NCBI GenBank assembly: GCA_009914755.4
Contig: CP068257.2
Location: 28,576,001 to 28,640,000 of the forward strand
Direction of reading: 5' to 3'
DNA length: 64,000 nt
Origin: the human T2T-CHM13v2.0 reference genome, Homo sapiens
In this document: positions 27,814 to 42,479 of the stretch, piece by piece
How the letters are laid out: each line of letters opens with the position of its first letter
How positions within the stretch are numbered: position 1 is the first letter of the stretch
Notes under the pieces: model-generated
Told to the model about the DNA's origin: nothing
Database searches by the model: none
What the model saw: the letters and a program-made list of their open reading frames with translations, nothing else
Translations under genes and position numbers: made by a program

Positions 27814-30584
27814 CTAAAGAAACCGAGCAGAGAGAAAATTTTGACCAAGACAAAACATCCACACAAAGTAGAGATATGTAAATTGAATACAAACTTATCT
27901 GAAACTTCAGTAAATGCTTTCACTCTAGTTTGCTTCATGAGAATACATTGGCTTTTCTGAAACTACAGGTATGAAAAATGACAATCTCTGTCAGCACTGT
28001 GCTTCTCGATTGAACTGACAGGCCTAAGCTGAATGCACTCAAGTTTCTCTAGAATGACTCCAGTAAATAAAAGTTACAGCTCTGACTTGATTAGTAATAA
28101 ACACTGACTAGAAGGCTCCCTGTTTTTATATAAGTGATGGTGACAATGGCCATATTTGTTTTGGAGCAGATAATGTTTTTAATTTTTTAAAGAAAGCGCT
28201 ACTCAACCAAATAATAGTCACATGACCTACACAAATAGTTTTCTGATCATGTGACCATTGCTGATCTTAGATACATGTTGTTCTTAGATACAGTTTGTTC
28301 ATGACCTTGTCTCTGCCAAGAATGGAATTAAATTATGAAGCCCCTACTGTATAATAACAACTTTTCCAAATACTTGTTCAACTAACTATCACACCTATAC
28401 CAAGATCTAAAGAGTATAATAATCATCAAAAAGGTAAGAAAAATTAACTAAGGTTAAGTAGCCTACGCAAGTTAAAACATCTAGAAAGACGTGATTTAAA
28501 ATGGGGTTTTTAACTCCTAGTACAGAGTCATCTTTTGGGGGCATCTTCAACTGAAACAGACTTCAAATCTATGATATAATATGAGTTCTGGACAAACCTC
28601 TGTTTATCACTTGCAGTCACTTAGCATCACTTTGTTTAATCAAAACTGCATCTAATAGTTTTATTTAACATATGATTTTCTATTACACTCAGTATATGAG
28701 TGCTTAATAAGTGTACCTGGCTATGAAAGTTTATTATAAGAAAGTATGAAATGCATAGTTAATGCATATCTTTAAGTAAATTGTAAAGGTTGAATATCCT
28801 GTTATGCAAATATTTAGCAGCCTCTTGGTGCTTAAATTCTGTTTCAAATGGGGAAAGTGCAGATGATGCTATGAAGGAATTCTGATAGATGATTACACAC
28901 TCTTTGAGAACACTAGTTTTTAAATTTGCTGTGCTCCTAATCAGGATCAATTTATCAAAACTCCCTTAACTGCGAAGATAAATAGTGAAACTAACTGCCT
29001 TAATAATAGCTAGTTCCTTCTAAACTTCTTGAGGCTACATGCATATTTCCATGTCTTTATTTAATATATACAAAATTTATGTGAAGGACACCTTTATTAT
29101 CTTGTTGTACTTAATATAATAATAATAATGTATACAGACAAAAAGGAGGTGCCTTAGTTCTGAAAGTGCATTTTTCAAGATCACATACTAAACATGTGTT
29201 CAGAAAATAGCTTCAGAGAAATTATGATGATGGTTAAATATTTATATTATTCTCTTCCTGTTTACTATAATACCTTCCACTTTTCCTGTAATTAAGTACT
29301 GATGTTTGCCCTGCATAATTATTAAAAAGTTTTTTCTTAATGAAGGTGTTTAATTTTAAGCCACATTAAGAATTATCTCCATACATGCTTTATTATGTGT
29401 TACATGACAAATCTTCAAAAATATATTCTATTCCTCATCCTGTTTTTTTTCAGAACAGCAATTCATTTTTCAAACCAAAACATATAAAGATGACTTACAG
29501 AAAAAAATACCCTAAAAAAACAGAAGCGAAGACTGTTAGAAAAATGACTGTGTATTTGGTTTAACTAAGTAGGATAATCAAGTTTGTTACAAAAATAATG
29601 TCAATAGGAGACACTCTCAGAGTTCCAATGCCTGATAGGTATCCTACTAAGAGTTTATTCATTTGCTTATTCTCTTATCTGCTACCTGCAAAGAAGACAA
29701 ATTGATATTTTCACTTAAGTGATTCCAGATGAGTAAACCCATTAAAAAGAAAAAAAGTCAATGATTGGCATACGTCTGCAAATTTAGAAATTTTCACACA
29801 TGCAACTGTTACACTGCACTTCCCACGTTCTTCCAAACTGGAAACAATAATATGTATTATTTTATGTAAATAATTAAAAACTGGAACAAGTAGGCCACAA
29901 TAATTAATTACTTAACTATTTTCACTTTGCTAAAGCTGTCCTTAACAAGTGGTCTATTACCTTCATTAAAATTGTAATGAATTTTATCTCCCTTGGACCT
30001 TTTAGTGGAAATGAAAAATAACATATAAATAAGTAAATATTGAAATTATGCTTGGGATATGTCATATTCAAAAAATTGCAGTTTGCTGGTATATTAAAAA
30101 ATTCTGTACTTCTTTGAGTGACACCAAATATTTGTTTGCAAATAACCCTATATATTTGGAATGGAAAATATTGTCAGCCATGCTGTCACTTTCCTGCTCC
30201 ACTGGCACAATTTATTTTCAATTGATTTTTGTTTACTACTCCTAGATTTGGCCTTAGAATTCCTTTCAGAACAATTCTCTAGGGATCAGTGGCTTTGTGT
30301 TTTAAAATCTATTTGCCATCACTGATCTAAACTGTAAACGCTAAGAGAGCTGAGAACTACCATTCATGGTGAAATAGTCCAGCCATAGGGAAAAGGTAGA
30401 ACAAGTGCCTTATAGCTACAGTCCTTGCCGGAGAACTCTTATGGGCTGTTGAGAAGGCTAAAGCAACTTCATCTTGGATGCTAATCGACCATGTGGACTT
30501 CTCCTTAACCCCAATTCTGGGAATGCCTCTAAGATTTCTACTTTCATTTATTTAGCAAATCCTGACCTTAGGTCAAAACAAGCT

Positions 30585-30745
30585 TTTTTTTTTTTTTTCC
30601 CCTTGAGATGAGGTCTTGCTCATTTGCTCAGGCTGGAGGGCAGTGGTGCAATCATGGCTCATTACAGCCTCAAGCAGTCCTCTCACCTCAGCTTCCCAAA
30701 GTGTTGGGATTATAGGCCTGAGCCACCGCACCCAGCAAGAGCTTT
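30585..30745 (-). mobile_element. Alu with internal deletion (right-arm start joined directly to left-arm end)
   Basis: (t)16ccccttgagatgaggtcttgctcatttgctcaggctggagggcagtggtgcaatcatggctcattacagcctc|aagcagtcctctcacctcagcttcccaaagtgttgggattataggcctgagccaccgcacccagc. Confidence 0.85.
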
Positions 30746-31121
30746 GATGTTATCATAAACGCATACTCACCATAAATCTTGCCCCTAGGCAAATTCTGGA
30801 TGGTATAGAAGCCTTGAATGTGGAGAGTAACAATGCAGGGATCCCCTATCTTGTCTCTCAGCCGCCTGAAACATGGCTTCTGTTCCTAAGTGTCTATTAA
30901 TTGTTCTTTCTGAGATACTGGATTTGCCAGCCTCTTTTTTTCTGCCTCTCAGCTTCCTTGGCCTTTAGAGGTAGTTTTGCCTAGACCTGCTCACCAAGGA
31001 ACGGCTATGATTTGGGAGTAGGTAGATATCAAATAGGGAATTTATTGAGGTATGCACAATAGTTCCAGAGCTTAGCTCTGAAAAGAAGATTGAGTTATAT
31101 TTAATGAAGAAACCAATCTGT

Positions 31122-31435
<314 letters not shown>

Positions 31436-33216
31436 CTGTTTTTTAATCTTTACACTGTCCTCAAGATTCTGAACATGACCATGCCTCAAGGCATTGGTAT
31501 AAGCATTTTCTTGTCATAACTGTTGGTATTTATTCAGTTCCCACTGTGTGGCAGGTAGTGTGTGCCACACAACTATTATCTCTTTAACATTTGCAACAAT
31601 GCCTCAAGACAGCTCATGTATTATCCTACTTTCATAAATGAAGAAAGGTAGTTGGCATTCCATTCTCTTTTTACTATACCAATCACTTTGCATTGGTGAA
31701 TAATAAAAAATATTGATAGAAAACACATATCAGGGACCACTAGTTATTCGGATGATTGTTATCTTTAACCTATGTATAGTTTGATCCATTTTGTCAAATT
31801 TACATTTTAGAAAATATTGAGCTTAATGGTCAGAGAGTTACAATTCTCACCTCCTAGGGTAAAAGGAGCCATCTGTTTATAGGTCCTCATGTCCTCAACC
31901 ACAGGGCAGGGGACTGACCCACCAAGGCAAAACTGATCATTCTAAGGAACAGAGAGCTCATAAGGTTAGCACACCTACCCTGCTTAATGTGCCACATTTA
32001 AGCATATTAAAACCAAATAAAGAAGCCATGAGCATTAACCCATTTTTAATTAATAGTGTTAAAACTTAAGTTAGCCAAGTTACACTTCTATCAGCTTGTT
32101 TCTAGAGCATATTATGTTAAATCATATTTTTAAAATGATAAATTACACTCTGAAGTTGTATAAGAAATAGAGGAAAGTAGGGCAGATGAATTCTAAATAT
32201 GGTCTTAATTTATAATCTATGATTATTTTACTTAGTTTCTCATGTTCTTACCCACTTGAAAAAAAATTGGTTTTGCCCACAGCAAAAACATTTCATGTTG
32301 AAGGAACAAGGACTGTATCTACAGAAGTTTATGAGCAGGAATATGTTGTTTTCCTACTTGTCAACACGAGTCTCCCATAGGAGTCTCTCCTTTTTCCTTT
32401 TTAAGCCAAGTACTTAATTATGGCCTTGTAATTACTTATTCTTGTCAATTCACATCAAAACAACATAGCTACAAGGGATTTGTTTCTTGATTTTAGAACT
32501 CGATTAAACAGAGTCCATTCATGAGCTCCCAGTCCTGCTGAGTGGTCTTTCACTTCCTGACACATAATTAATATCAAACAATTTTTTCTAACCTGGAATG
32601 TGATTTTGGTGCATCTAATCAATCAACATTGCTCATGAAAATAGATGAACAATTAAGACCACTAAAAAATGACTCAGCCTTTAGGGTCTTTAAATGGTTG
32701 TGTTTTTCTGAATACATTCATTTTGCAGGTAAGCAGCCAAGGTTAATAACTGAGTGATGTGGAAAGAGCACAGGTCTACAGTATTAGTCTGAGATCTTGC
32801 ATTGATTATTTTTAGCATTTAATAGGAAGCCATTATGCACTCAGATCTGTCTGGATTGAGTGCTGATGGTACAAGGTAACCTCAAACAAAATAAAACACC
32901 TGAGCAGCCACTTAGTATGTTGTGTGAGATTTGTTTTATTTCCTTCATACTTTTATTAAATCTGTGATATATGGGGATGCCGTGGTTTAGGCTGGATGCT
33001 GTTATTTATAGACATTTCAATGGCCAGCAGTGGGAAAATTGCCTTATAAATTTCCTAGGACAAAAAATGTGCCTTAAATATTTAAACTGTTTTCCTAAAA
33101 TTGGTGACTTGAGTCAACTGTTGAGAGTAAATAGCTCCTTTCTTTGTAGAGATTGTGGTGGGGTGAGGATGCAGTAAAGCTTGAATGGGAATTTAGTTAG
33201 ATAAAAGTAAAACTCA

Positions 33217-33533
<317 letters not shown>

Positions 33534-33599
33534 CTAAAAATAATGTAAAAAATTATCAATTTTGAAATGAATGAGGTTGTGTTCCAATATTGTGTTTAT

Positions 33600-34030
33600 T
33601 TCCTCTTAGAAAAGTGTTAGGGACAAGCTGCCCCAGGAACCCCCCACTCCCTCAATGTAGCTGACCCTTACCCTGAATACTCTGCAGCTGCATTCCTGAA
33701 CCCTTATCTAGGTGCCACAGCAAGGTAACCAGATTTGCTATGCTGAAGCCCTCCAGGCAGCATGGGGGAGGTCATGAGAAATGTGGGTAAACCTATGTTA
33801 CACCCTTTTGTAAATTCCTGTTTTCATAATATATTGTAAGCCAGCCACAAGATGATATGTGGTAAAGTTAACCAACAAACAACTCCAGGGCCTCTCTCCC
33901 TGGTATAAACCCCTCACTTTGTAAGCTCAGGGCTGCCTCCTCTGACTGTGGTGGAGCAACCCGGCAGGTTAATAAACTTACTCGCCTGACCTTGGGTCTC
34001 TCTCTCATCTTTTCTCTCGGCTAACCTTGC
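33600..34030 (+). mobile_element. Possible ERV-class LTR-like element (U3-R-like layout). Family not recognised.
   Basis: TATA-like ggtataaacccc at about 33905 is followed about 65 bp later by ttaataaacttactcgcctgacc (AATAAA) and a CT-rich end. This is layout-only evidence and I cannot name the family. Confidence 0.25.
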
Positions 34031-35639
34031 AAAAAGCTGTTTTGTTCAGGTCTAAGGTTTAAGGGGAGTTGAGGCTTTACATTGTATAGAAAAGGCATGC
34101 TCAGGGTCAGCTCATTATGGGAAAGAGCTGGCTATTACAAAAGAGCTTAGATTGGAGCGGAAAGAAGAAGGCTGAGAGGACCTCTTGAGGCTGGGCATAG
34201 TAACTCTAGGACTTGCTGTATTGTTTGTTGGTTTTACTGTTTTGCAATTTCTATCTGATATCCCAATACACACAAACACATTCTGTTCTTAGTTGTGTAG
34301 AGGTGGTATTAAAATACTGCTTGTGCTTATAAGGAGGGTGTGTCAAGTTCTATGGGTTTGCTTCTGTTTGAAGAAAGTTGATCCAAGATGATGAAGCTGT
34401 ATTTAAGAAAATCTGAATTCTCTTCTGAAGCTAGACAGTGGGCAGTGGGATTTGGTATAGACTGGAACTTCTAGAGTCGAGCAGGACTCCAAGACCATTG
34501 AAATTTAGGTTTGAAAGAAGTGTCTGATTATTCAAAATTTAATGTAGGCTTATAAATATGAAAACTAAGGTTTAGAGGCAAGAAAGCTAGTAAGTGACAC
34601 AGAAGTAATATTCCTATTTCAAATCTTAATTGTTAAGTTTGATTCAGATTATGATAAACTAGCTTGCAGCAGAACAATCCTCCCATCAAGAAAAATTTTA
34701 TCATCTCTATTAGGGAAAACAAAAACAAAAACCCGTTTGAAGGCACAGGAGAGCAACCAAGATAGCTAGGACTTGAGTGGCTAATATCCTACAGAGAAGA
34801 GACACTCACTAGAGTGAGCTTAATCTTCTGCAACACATTTCTGCTCAAGTCGTTTGATAGTTTATAAGACAGGTGGATGGAAAGGCAGAGAAGTCAAGCT
34901 AAAGCTGACGCTAAAAGGCAAAAATACTGAGAAGAGATTTTGGCAGTCATTGAGATTGGAGACTTCATTCATATTCAGCATTACCAAAGTGGCTAATAAT
35001 TGAGAATCCAAGATCCTGAAAAGAAAAGTAACATAGAGAAGTGAGCTCAATGGTTGAGCCACTTTCCCCTCAAGGCATTAGTTCATTCAGATGTGGTTCA
35101 AACCAAGAGCTGGAGAAGCTTAGTACAACAGCTGCTCCTAAGAGACTGGAAAGCTACACACAACTGTTGGCAGTTTTCAGAACTGGATAAGCATTGGATT
35201 TCAGTGTGGAGGGTCTCCAGTAAACAAGCCAGGCTTTCAGCTGGTGCTCCTGAAAAACTACATTCTAAAAGTTGAGACAGAACATATGAGATCTTACAAA
35301 GGCTTCAACTCACCCTTAAATCAGCTCAAACACAGAAAGTATTCATACAATATTCATCTACCTGCCTATCAAAAACTAAAAGGAATCATCTAGAGAAAAT
35401 AACATCAATGAAAACCCTCTACAAAATTTTGTATTAAATCACAAGTGTCAGTGGATTAAAAATGTGACAAAGAAAAAAAGAAAAGAAAAGATAATGGAAA
35501 CCCTCACAGGTGGTCCATTCAGTAATATGGAAACTGGACAATGCCATTGCAAAAATGTCATTCTCTTATATGAATTTAGATGTACATTTGTTGTTGCTGT
35601 TATTTAGAGACAAGGTCTTTAGAGACCCAGACTGGTCCC

Positions 35640-35835
35640 AAAACTCTTGAGGAGTTGAGGATCAAGTGATCCTTCTGCCTCAGCCTCCTGAGTAGCTGAG
35701 AGTGCAGGAATGCACCATTGTGCTGGCTTAGATGTAAATTTTTTTATTTTTTTGAGACAGAGTCTTGCTGTATTGCCCAGGCTGGAGCAAAGTGTCGTAA
35801 TCATGGCTCACTGCATCCTCAACCTCCTGAGCATA
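35640..35835 (-). mobile_element. Two truncated Alu fragments (minus orientation). The distal one (35745-35835) is flanked by an agatgtaaattttt direct repeat (35730-35743 and 35840-35853).
   Basis: ...gatcaagtgatccttctgcctcagcctcctgagtagctgagagtgcaggaatgcaccattgtgctggc... and ...tttttttgagacagagtcttgctgtattgcccaggctggagcaaagtgtcgtaatcatggctcactgcatcctcaacctcctgag. Confidence 0.75.
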
Positions 35836-36412
35836 AGGAAGATGTAAATTTTTAAACCAAATGTTAGAAAATTAAAACTTGCAATGTTTGAAAAATTAAT
35901 GTATCACAAACAAATTGTGTTTATTTGAGGAATGCAAATTTTGTTTAAATATTTTTTAAGATAATTATATTTTCTACATGAAGGAAAAAGGAAGTAGCAT
36001 AAGATATTCTGAATAGGTACAGTAAACACATTTTGTAAAATTTAACCCTCATTTTCAAAAAAAAGCAAACAAAAAAATAGCAAACTGAAAATAACAGAGA
36101 ATTATCTTAATCTGATAGAAGATATTTATGAAAAACAGAGCAACCCTTTTTCTCAATGGTGATATACAGAAATCCTTTGCTTTTTAGTCTGAGAAAGAAT
36201 TAAGAAGTTTAAAATTAGTTCTGCTATTTAATTTTGTACTAGCAGCTCTATCCAGTGTAATAACTCAAGGAGAAAAAAGAGCATAAGAACTTATCAGGAG
36301 TAAATAACACAAACATTATTCAAAGCAGTCTGGCTATATATGAAAGTAATCCAAAAAAACCATCCTGTTAACCTATCAGAACTAATAAATAAACTCAAAG
36401 AAGTTACTGAAT

Positions 36413-36718
36413 ACAGGGCAAGCATGGTTGTTCATGCCTGTATTCAGTAACTCTCAGTGCTTTGGGAGGCCGAGATGGGAGGATTGCTTGAGAACAGAAG
36501 TTGACCAGCCTGAGCAATATAGCAAGACCCTGTCTCTACAGAAAAATTAAAACATTAGCTGGGCATGGTGGTGTGTACCTGTAGTCCCAGCTGCTTGAGA
36601 GGCTGAGGTGGGAGGATCACTTGAGCCCAAGTGTTTGGGGCTGCACTGAGCTCTGAATAAGTCTTTGCATTCTTGCCTGGGCCACAGAGAGAGACTCTCT
36701 GTTGAAAAAAAAAAAATA
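36413..36718 (+). mobile_element. Alu (AluJ-like, diverged) flanked by a gttactgaataca target-site duplication (36399-36411 and 36730-36742)
   Basis: ggcaagcatggttgttcatgcctgtattcagtaactctcagtgctttgggaggccgagatgggaggattgcttgag...gctgggcatggtggtgtgtacctgtagtcccagctgcttgagaggctgaggtgggaggatcacttgagcc...ctctgttgaaaaaaaaaaa. Confidence 0.85.
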
Positions 36719-38192
36719 GAGAAAAAAGGTTACTGAATACAATTAATACAAAATCAATGTCTTCCTTTGTATCAGCAATAAAGTTTAAGAAAACGAAATA
36801 AAAAAAGTCTTTACAATTATATTTAAGCAAATATATAACTATGAATTTAATTTTAAAAAAACTAAATAAATGCAGCATGCATTTACCTTGTATGTTGATT
36901 AGAAGATGCAATACTGTTAAAATGTCAGTTCTTCCCAACTGATCTATAGATTCAGTACCATCTCAATCGAAATCGCATAAAAATATTTTTTAGAGACTGT
37001 CAAGTTGATTCTAAAATTTGTATGCAAATTCAAAAGTCAAAAAATAGCTAAGACAACATGAAGAAGAATCAAGCCAGAATACTTAAAATATAGGATATCA
37101 ATACTTTTTATAGAGCTGGAGTAATTAGAGTAATGAAGGTATTGGTATAATGGTAGATAAACTGACCAATAAAAAATGAGTCCAGAAGGAACTAACATGT
37201 ATGAATATTTGATTCATAACAAAGGTTTCACTGCAGAGTAGTCGGGAAAGAATGGTTTTTCAGTAAATGATGTTGGTACAAAGTGCATATTCATAGGGAA
37301 AAAATTGGAACTTGTCTCCCTATATTACACTATGCATAAAAGTAAGTTCAGGTGTACTCCAGATTTAAGGACACTAAAACACTAAAACTTCTAGAATACA
37401 AAACAGATTAATTTCATGGCTTTAGAGGTAAGCAGCAATTTTTAAAAGACCAAAATAAGAATTAATATAAAGAAAATTAAAATGGACCATCTTATAATTA
37501 AGAACTTAAAAATACTAATAAATTAGTGAAAAAGCAAACCTCAGATTACAAAAGTATTTGCAATGTATAAATTATATATAAACATATATATTATGATAAG
37601 AGTAAAAAAAATCACACAAAAAATCAGCAGGAACTTGAACAAACACTTCACAAAAGAGAATATCTAAAATAGTCAAAATACTAAAGAAAAAGGCAGTCAA
37701 CCTCATTGGTGATCATAGAAATGCAAAGTAAAACCAGGTAGACCTACCACAGACACACCAGAATGACTGAAATTAAAGCAAGAAGAAGCCATGTCTAGTG
37801 GCACACACCTGTAGTGCCAAATACTCTGGAAGCGGAGGCAGTTCCTCATCTCAAAAAATATTTAAAAATTAAAAAAAATTTTAAAAATAGTGAAAAGAGC
37901 AAGTGCTGCTGAGCATGTGATGTGAACAACTAGATCTCTCCTATACTTCCAGGAGTGTATCAATTGACCACAGTCTGCAAAAGTATATGTCAGTATTTAC
38001 TAAAGCTGAATGTTAGCATGCCCAGTATTTCAGAAATTCTCCTAAGTATATACTCAATAGAAATGTAAACATATATGTACCTAAAGATATATACAATAAT
38101 GTTCATAACAGCACTATTTGCCATAGTTAAAAAAAAATGGAAACTGCCTAAATGCCCACCATACCAGGGTACATAAATAAAATGGTTATATT

Positions 38193-38272
38193 AGGTTGGT
38201 GCAGAAGTAATTGTGGTTTTTACGATTAACAGTAATGGCAAAAATGCAATTACTTTTGTATCAACTTAATAC
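38193..38272. mobile_element. MADE1 (Hsmar1-derived 80-bp palindromic mariner MITE)
   Basis: ttaggttggtgcagaagtaattgtggtttttacgattaacagtaatggcaaaaatgcaattacttttgtatcaacttaat matches the MADE1 consensus TTAGGTTGGTGCAAAAGTAATTGCGGTTTTTGCCATTAAAAGTAATGGCAAAAACCGCAATTACTTTTGCACCAACCTAA. A second half-copy sits inside the L1 at about 43365-43400. Confidence 0.85.
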
Positions 38273-38699
38273 ATACAATAATATGTATAATTCAGCAATG
38301 AAAATGATCAAACTACATGCATGAATCTTACTAACATAATTTTGAACGAAACATAGGCATCAATGAGTACATACACTATATGAAGTACAAAAATAGGTAC
38401 AATTGATGGTAAAAGGCATGGCCATGGTTACCTTTGGAAAGGAGAGACCTATAGTTACTGAGAGGGTGTTTCTGGAGGGCTGACAATGTCCTGTTGCTGA
38501 CAAGATCTGATTACACAAGTGTGTTTTCCTTTTGGTGATTCGCCAATCTGTAGTGTGCATATTTTCACCTTTCTCTTATTCTCTAATACTCGCATAAAGA
38601 AATTTGCTTAAAATAATTAAAACCACAATGTGGTGAGTGCTATAATTCCTTCCACAAAGAGCAATCAGTATGTTCTTTTCCAGTAAAAACCTGCGCCAA

Positions 38700-38990
38700 G
38701 GAACATAGAGACACTGAATTGTGGGGTTAACTCTGCATGAAGGTGTCTGGGAGAGATACGGTTTTGATCTGTGTCCCCAGCAGCTTTTATGTCGAATTCT
38801 AACCCCCAGTGTTGGAGGTGATGCTTGGTGGGAGGTGATTGAATCATGGGGTGGAGTGCTCATGAATGGGTTCGCGCCATCCACTGGCGCTACTGAACGG
38901 GTTAGCTGGTACTCATGAATGGGTTAGCGCCATCCACTGGTGCTATCTCCCAGTCTCAGGTATTTCTTCATAGCAGTGTGAGAATGAATT
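38700..38990 (+). mobile_element. ERVL/MaLR LTR fragment (MST/MLT2-like 5-prime region) with an internal 45-bp tandem duplication
   Basis: cccccagtgttggaggtgatgcttggtgggaggtgattgaatcatggggtggagtgctcatgaatggg... resembles the start of MST/MLT2-type LTRs. ctcatgaatgggtt(c/a)gcgccatccactgg(c/t)gcta occurs twice (38858-38895 and 38903-38942). Ends ...cagtctcaggtatttcttcatagcagtgtgagaatgaattaata. Confidence 0.55.
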
Positions 38991-40514
38991 AATACCGAAA
39001 GACACTTAGATAATGCGTTAGGTAGGATTGTGGAAATAAATAGATATTTTCTTGGCACAAAGAGAGGAGTGTGTAAAGAAACAGCATGCATTAAGAAACT
39101 TTCCAAGACTAAAAATTCTGGGAATGCAGCGTCTTCCTGCAACTGCTGAATTAATTGTTAAAGTTTTTGCCACTTGAAGATCTTTCCTCCATTTTATCAA
39201 TCTACGGAAGAGAAACGCAGTAAAAGATAATCTACTGCTCACGGGGCTTATTATCCATGGCCTCCCTCCTGCTGACCATCGACTAGACATGTGGCTACTC
39301 ATTATCCCCAGAAAGAGTGCTCAGGGAAGGAAGGGGAAAAAGTCAAATTAGTTAATTAAGCATCTCTGGCCAAAGGTTTGGTAGTGGGAAGAGGTTGAAA
39401 CTAATGACTAAAATAAATCTGTTAGATTTAATGAAACTCTTAGTTTTGGCTTCCCCTGACTATATGGAGAAATGAGAATTAGGCTTTAATTTGCTTTTTA
39501 ATAGTGTCCCATCTGACACAAGCTCTTATGCACTTAATTCAGCAATTAAAAGTTTTAATGTATAGAAGATGCTAAGGAAAAGAGTGCCCATTTAAACTTG
39601 TCATTGATTCCCTGAACAAATGCAAACTAAGATAACAAAAACCACACTTAGAAGTCATTTTTTTAACAGCAAACTTTATTATTTTACTGAAATGCAATGA
39701 AATAATGACATTTGCTTTCTGTAGTCAATGACATTACATTTTTTTAAAACTAAATGTCGCTAATTTTTATTTTCAAATTATAAAACATTTACCAGTTTAA
39801 AAAATTATAAACAATGTCTGTTTTCATTGGAATTGTCCCTTGAGTCATTCAACTTTAATGGATGCATTTTACAATGGAGAGCATTTCATTAGATGGGAAT
39901 GTGGTTCAAAGCTACCCAAGAAAGATATCTTCTGCGTTTGAAAGCCAGTCCATTGATACGTGACTTACTGAGGATTGAAAAGGTTTATTGTAATACAAGT
40001 TTTACTGTAACAATCACATAATTAAGATCACACATTACTCATATCAACTGGTCCACCAATTCATCATCAGTGAACAGATTTTTCATTGACTGCTGGAGAC
40101 TCTGATATGTTGGGATCTACATATGAGTAAGCAAAACATGGAGAAATGGTCAAACAGCAGCAGTCCATGAAGCACAAATTGGAAATATTTGCAATAGCGA
40201 TTCACAGTGAAGAGATGACAGAGGAAGGATGATAGGATTTATATTGAGATAAGAAAAAGTAACCATGGGGAAAATAGCACTATTAAATAGAAGGCATCTA
40301 TTTCTGAAATCTGAGAATATCCATTAAAAACCCATAGAAAAAAAGAGACAGTACTGCATACCATGAACAAAAATAGATAGTATCTGTGTGGATCTATGAA
40401 GTAGTAAATTATCATAGTAATAGGATGTTAATATATGCTTGATGGAGACTTTGTACTTTGAAGACAGAAGTTTGAGCAAATAATGACTTAGACTTGAATC
40501 TGAAATAGCCTTCT

Positions 40515-40875
40515 AATATGATTTGGCTATGTCCCCATCCAAATCTCATCTTGAATTGTTATTCCCACAATTCCCACGTGTTGTGGGAGGAACCCGGTGG
40601 GAGGTAATTGAATTACGGGGGCAGGTCTTTCCTATGCTATTCTTGTGGTTGTGAATAAGTCTCACGAGATCTGATAATTTTATAAATGGGAGTTTCCCTG
40701 CACAAACTCTCTTCTCTTGTCTGTCACCATGTGAGAAGTGCCTTTCACCTACTTCCATGATTGTGAGGTCTCTCCAGTCACATGGAACTATGATTCCACT
40801 AAAACTGTTTTTCCTTGTAAATTACCCAGTCTCGGGTATGTCTTTATTGGCAGTGTGAAAATAGACTAGTACACC
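40515..40875 (+). mobile_element. THE1/MST-type ERVL-MaLR solo LTR, near full length
   Basis: aatatgatttggctatgtccccatccaaatctcatcttgaattgttattcccacaattcccacgtgttgtgggaggaacccggtgggaggtaattgaattacgggggcagg...ttataaatgggagtttccctgcac...ccatgattgtgag...aaattacccagtctcgggtatgtctttattggcagtgtgaaaatagactagtaca closely follows the THE1 LTR consensus. Confidence 0.85.
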
Positions 40876-41279
40876 TTCTATCTCTGAACTGAGGAAGTTA
40901 CTGGTTTGCATCAGTTTGGTACCATCAAGTTTCTGAGTGGCTTATATGGCTAATTAAGGGAAGACCTTTAAAAAAGTGAGATAATAACCCACCTAATTAC
41001 TATTTTTAAGTGAATTTCCAGGTATGGCATATATGGCTAATGAGCAGTACCATGATCTTGTCACAATTTTCAGGTTTGATATTATCTGATCATGGGAATA
41101 ATCATTACATGGATTTCTACCTTAGTAATAAGAATAGATTGGAATTGGGAGCACAGATTATTTTCATCTCTGCTATCAACCACTCCAGTGACCCTACGCT
41201 TTCAAGATTGTTCAATTATATAGAATCACAGACAAGAAGGATACAGCAATAATTAACCTGGTCTCAGGTGATCCATCCT

Positions 41280-41690
41280 AGATGAATTAGTCAAGATTTA
41301 TTTTAAGGAATATTAAAGAATTGGCTTACATGATTGTGAGGACTGGCAAGTCCAAAATCCACACAGAACAGGTTGGCAGCTGGAGACCCAGGGAAGAGTT
41401 GATGTTGCAGCGCTAGTCCAAAAGCAGTCTAGAGGAAGAATTCCCTCTTTCTTCAGGGGACCCCAGTCTTTTTCTCTCAAGGCTTTCAATGAATTGGATG
41501 AGATCCACTCACATTATGGAGAATAATCTGCTTTACTCCAAGTCTACTGATATAAATGTGAATCTCATCTAAAAAAATTCTTCCACAGAGACATTTAGAC
41601 TGATATTCTGCCAAATAACTGGTACTATGGCTTCGGCAAGTTGACACGTAAAATTAGCCATCACATTAACATTCGTACTTCCTAATAAAA
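41280..41690 (+). mobile_element. ERVL-MaLR LTR (MLT1-like), 3-prime portion
   Basis: ...cttcaggggaccccagtctttttctctcaaggctttcaatgaattggatgagatccactcacattatggagaataatctgctttactccaagtctactgatataaatgtgaatctcatct...ggcaagttgacacgtaaaattagccatcacatt has the same 3-prime motif block as the LTR at 45590-46110. Confidence 0.65.
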
Positions 41691-42479
41691 ATAATCTGAT
41701 TTGGTCAGTTTGCTACTCTCTAATATAAAATACTAAATTGGGAAATGTTTTTCACCAATGTGTTAGAGGATGTTGGCTTCTTTCATGTCCACTGTGTAAT
41801 ACTCTTTATACTTTCACTGATCCCTGGGATCTTTGATTGTGAGTCAGGAATCAGGGGAGGGTTTGGAAGATTCCTATGAATCATGGCAAATGATGCAAAG
41901 AGAACTGTTAGGAATCATTTCCTTAGAAATGGGCAGAGAATAAGGCAGGCACTTAGAATTTCAATACTTTCTCTCAAACCTACATCCAAAATGTGTATGT
42001 CAATTTGCAATTCTATCAGCAATAAATGTGCACTGAATAGAAAGTTAGAATGATATTAATCCCTTTAAAATTTTCTCATTTCTCTAACAGGTATAAAATG
42101 AAATGCCAAATTGTTGTCATTTTCATTTATTTGAATACCAGTGAGGACAAATTTCCCCAAGTGTTTTTTTGTTTTCCCCTTGAGCAAATGTTTATTCATA
42201 TTATTTATCCATTCATCTGTTAAAATGTTACACTATTCTTTATACATTTGAGTGAGCTTTTTATGTACTGAAGATATTAACCTCTTTATACCTTTATCAT
42301 GTCGAATATAAGCACTTCACATTTAGAAACTTGTCTCATATTTTAGTTGTATTTATTTTAATTCCAGAAGTATAAAATCGTGTATTTTCAAATCTTTCAA
42401 TTTGTTCTTTATTACTTTTTTTTTGTTTCAAAATGTATCATTCCTCATTCCTTTACACATCTAAAAAATATTCTCTTTT

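Noticed and set aside
36555-36938. 127-aa minus-strand ORF
   Set aside because: Spans an Alu tail and AT-rich low-complexity DNA. It is a low-complexity peptide with no recognisable domain.
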